From Mobula hypostoma (taxonomy: Eukaryota), in assembly GCF_963921235.1 (NCBI RefSeq), contig NC_086101.1, forward strand, positions 29,946,001 through 30,010,000: a stretch of 64,000 nt of DNA, written 5' to 3'. The notes beneath the pieces are model-generated. The model made no database searches. It was not told where the DNA came from and saw only the letters and a list, made by a program, of their open reading frames with translations. Positions 61,206-64,000 of the stretch are shown piece by piece (position 1 is the first letter of the stretch; each line of letters starts with the position of its first letter). The position numbers and the translations under genes were made by a program.

Positions 61206-61930
61206 GCTTTGTTGTGCATCAGGTGAATTTTTAATCATTTCCCCGAACTTGCGCCAGTATTCTGAAATGCCAGATGCGACTTTAAGTGAGGGCAAATCTG
61301 ATAAAAAGTTATGTTTCTCTCCGGGGGTGAAGAACATATGCATTGTCGTAAGTAATGTCAAGGACTGGCTCGGATCATTAGGGTTCTCAAGTTGACGTGG
61401 GTTGATCTCTATAGGTGTCATCCTGACTAATATATCTGGGCAAAAACTCTCCCTGAAATATCTCTACACTATTTCCCACAGTATGCAAAACATAAAAGGC
61501 GGGTACAGTTAAGCAGCACGTAATTAAAACCGCAGAGTATGTATTCTGTGATCTGCCGCTTTTGAACACCTGAACTGATGATGTCTACTGTATTCCTTTG
61601 CATCACACTCGCAAAACGTGTATTCTAAAATGCAGCTCCTTGAACGAGTACACACGCTCACACTCTGGCATCCCAAACCGTCGGTAAATACACTTCGCAA
61701 CTGGCTGCTCCATCTCAGCAAATTAACACGTAAAGTTTCCTCTATATGTAAGAGAGGGAACACACGTCACCCCCACACAACACGTTTATATCTACCACTT
61801 CAGCTCTCCGTGTACGTTATAGCCCATGTTCCCATGTACCACAAATCCATGTGTGAGTGCTATTTTTTAAAAAAAGTTCTCACCCACTTAGACTACTAAG
61901 ATCACTGACTACACGATGGGTCACCAAGGT

Positions 61931-61948
61931 ATCCCACTCCTGATACTA
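61931..61948 (-). other. Primer binding site, tRNA-Leu(CAG)-like
   Basis: + strand ATCCCACTCCTGATACTA matches 16/18 of the recalled tRNA-Leu 3' end ATCCCACTCCTGACACCA; 2 nt from the LTR at 61951. Confidence 0.8.
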
Positions 61949-61950
61949 AA

Positions 61951-62374
61951 TGTTGTTGGGTGAATTAGTCACCGGAGAAATTACTAATAAATACAAAGCA
62001 GCTTCTTTAATTAACAAAACAAGGTACAGCAGGCATCATATGGAGATGGTTTTGGGGAAAGGTCTGCTGGCCCAACACGGGGCTCCATATTTTATGTACT
62101 AAAAGTCAAAGGACAACTCCATATTTACAATGTATGAACAATGCTTTCGGTTTGCACCTACCTTCAAATTCACACCTCCTGATTCACATCGACACTACAG
62201 ACATCCAAATGAAGTTTAATCAACGTTGTCTGGACTGGGATTCATAGCTTTTCAAAACCCATTGTTCAGAGCTGCAGTCCCAATTAAATGCACAACACAT
62301 TTTTAGATGTTAGACTGGTAGACAAAGTCAATTGTTAAACGTGTATGTACTAAACGCAAAAAATCACTCTAATA
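61951..62374 (-). mobile_element. Uninterrupted 5' LTR (duplicate copy)
   Basis: TGTTGTTGGGTGAAT...CACTCTAATA; same right flank as 12098 onward. Confidence 0.85.
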
Positions 62375-64000
62375 ACCATATAAAAAGTTTTGTTTTCAGC
62401 TATATAAAGTGTAAAAGAGAGACAAAAGTGAATATTTGACCACTGTAAAACGACCCTAGAGAGATAGTACTGGGATGAAAGAAATGGTGGGTGAACTTAA
62501 TGACTGCTTTCACTTATGGAAACCATGTTGACTTTGGCCTATTTTATCATATGTGTCCAAATATACAAGAGCATATACTTAACAATCAACTCGGGCATCT
62601 TCCCAACCACCAAATTCAGGTTAAATTTCCTGTTATCTGCCTCACTCCCTTTTTGAAGATTAGAATGACATTTGCAATTTTACAGTCCTCATGAGCCATG
62701 CCAAAATCTGTTATTTCTAGAAAGATCATTGAGAATGCCTCCATAATCCCTTCCGAAACTTCATTCAGAACTCTGAGGTCTAGTCCATCTGGTCCAAGTG
62801 ACCTTCAGACCTTTGAACTTCCTAAGTACCTTCTGCCTAGTAATAACAGTTGTGCTTACTCCTGCCCCTGACAATCGGGAACATATGATACACTGCTGGT
62901 GTCTTGTACAGTGAAGACGGATGCAAAATCCATATTCTGTTTTGCCGTCGTTTCCTTGAAACCCATTATTATCTCTCCAGAGTTATTTTCCATCGGTCCA
63001 ATATCTGTTCTTACATCTCTTTTACCCTTTATATATCAGGAAAAACTCTTTTAATATGCTCTTTGATATAATTAGCTTGCTTGCCTTCATACTTCGCCTT
63101 TTCCCACCTTTTGGCTTTTTTTTTGCTTCCTATTGGTTTTAAAAAGTTTCCAAGTCCTTCAGTATTTACCCTCTCTTTTGCTTCTGTGCTGTTTTTGCCT
63201 TCCCTTGCGAGTCACAGTTGTGTCAACTTGCCTTTAGAATTCTCCTTCTTCGGGATGTATCTGTCTAGTACCGTACGAATTTCTTCCAGAAACTGCAGCC
63301 ATTGCCGTTCTGCCGTCATCCCTCAAAGTGTCCCATTCAAGTCAACTTTGGCCAATTCCTCCAACGTGCCTCTATAATTCCCTTTACCCTATTGTAATAC
63401 TAGTACATTTGAGTTTAGCTTCTCCCTCCCATACTGAGGGGTAAACATCATATGATGATCACTACCACCTTAATCTCCTTAATCTATTTCAGTTCATTAC
63501 ACAAAACCCATTCCAAAATAGACTTTCCCCTAACTGGCTCAACCACAAGTTGTTCTAAAAGGGCATCTTGTGGGCATTCTACAAATTCTCTACTTCGGAT
63601 CCAGCACCGATCTGATTTTCCCAATCTACCTGCACATTGAAATGCCTATTTATGATTGTACCATTGCCTCTTTGACATGCCTTTTCCATCTCCCATTGTA
63701 ACTTGAAACCTATATCCTGACTACAGTTTGGAGGCCTGAATATAACTGCAATCAGGGTCTTTTTACATTTTTTATCTTAAATCCTTGTGCAAGGATTGTA
63801 CATTTTTTCAACATATGTTTTCTCTTTCCAAGGATTTGAATTCATTTTGTTTTACCATCAGACCCTCCCCAAGACCTCTGTCTACCTGCCTCTGCTTTCA
63901 ATAAATTAAGAAACATAGAAACATAAAAAATCTACTGCACAGTACAGGCCCTTCGGCCCATAAAGTTGTGCCGAATATTGTGCATGTCTCTGGGAGCTGA

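Larger units (their letters stand above)
57511..64000 (+). repeat. Segmental duplicate of about 3920-13750 (ERV gag / Rex-Babar / leader / PBS / LTR / CR1 flank / CR1 tail), running off the window
   Basis: Colinear homology from ggattggtcag (3920 vs 57511) to the aagaaacatagaaacata tail (13677 vs 63908). The offset falls from 53591 to 50231, matching the 3.3-kb CR1 present only in the left copy. Confidence 0.93.

Overview
Vertebrate genomic DNA, most likely a cartilaginous fish (ray/shark; inferred from the CR1, Rex-Babar and L1 repertoire and the GPCR type). Most of the window is nested retroelements. No prokaryotic features, CRISPR arrays, rRNA or tRNA genes were seen. The only host genes I can support are two intact, tandem, + strand, two-exon class A GPCRs of the GPR139/GPR142-like family: join(21469..21538,24422..25335), 327 aa, and join(32610..32679,35015..35916), 323 aa. 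Other main contents: (1) a decayed, internally deleted LTR-retrovirus-like provirus on the - strand (about 909-12097) with a tRNA-Leu PBS and a 5-bp TSD, invaded by a Rex-Babar LINE and a CR1; (2) an old segmental duplicate of about 3920-13750 at 57511-64000; (3) a full-length L1 (46965-52793) with a 12-bp TSD; (4) a solo LTR with TSD (28328-29130), a second ERV-like LTR plus gag relic (29551-30650), a Tc1 relic in the GPCR2 intron and Penelope/hammerhead-like relics; (5) many CR1 and Rex-Babar fragments. Repeat boundaries are hand-estimated. Family names come from recognised motifs, not database searches.
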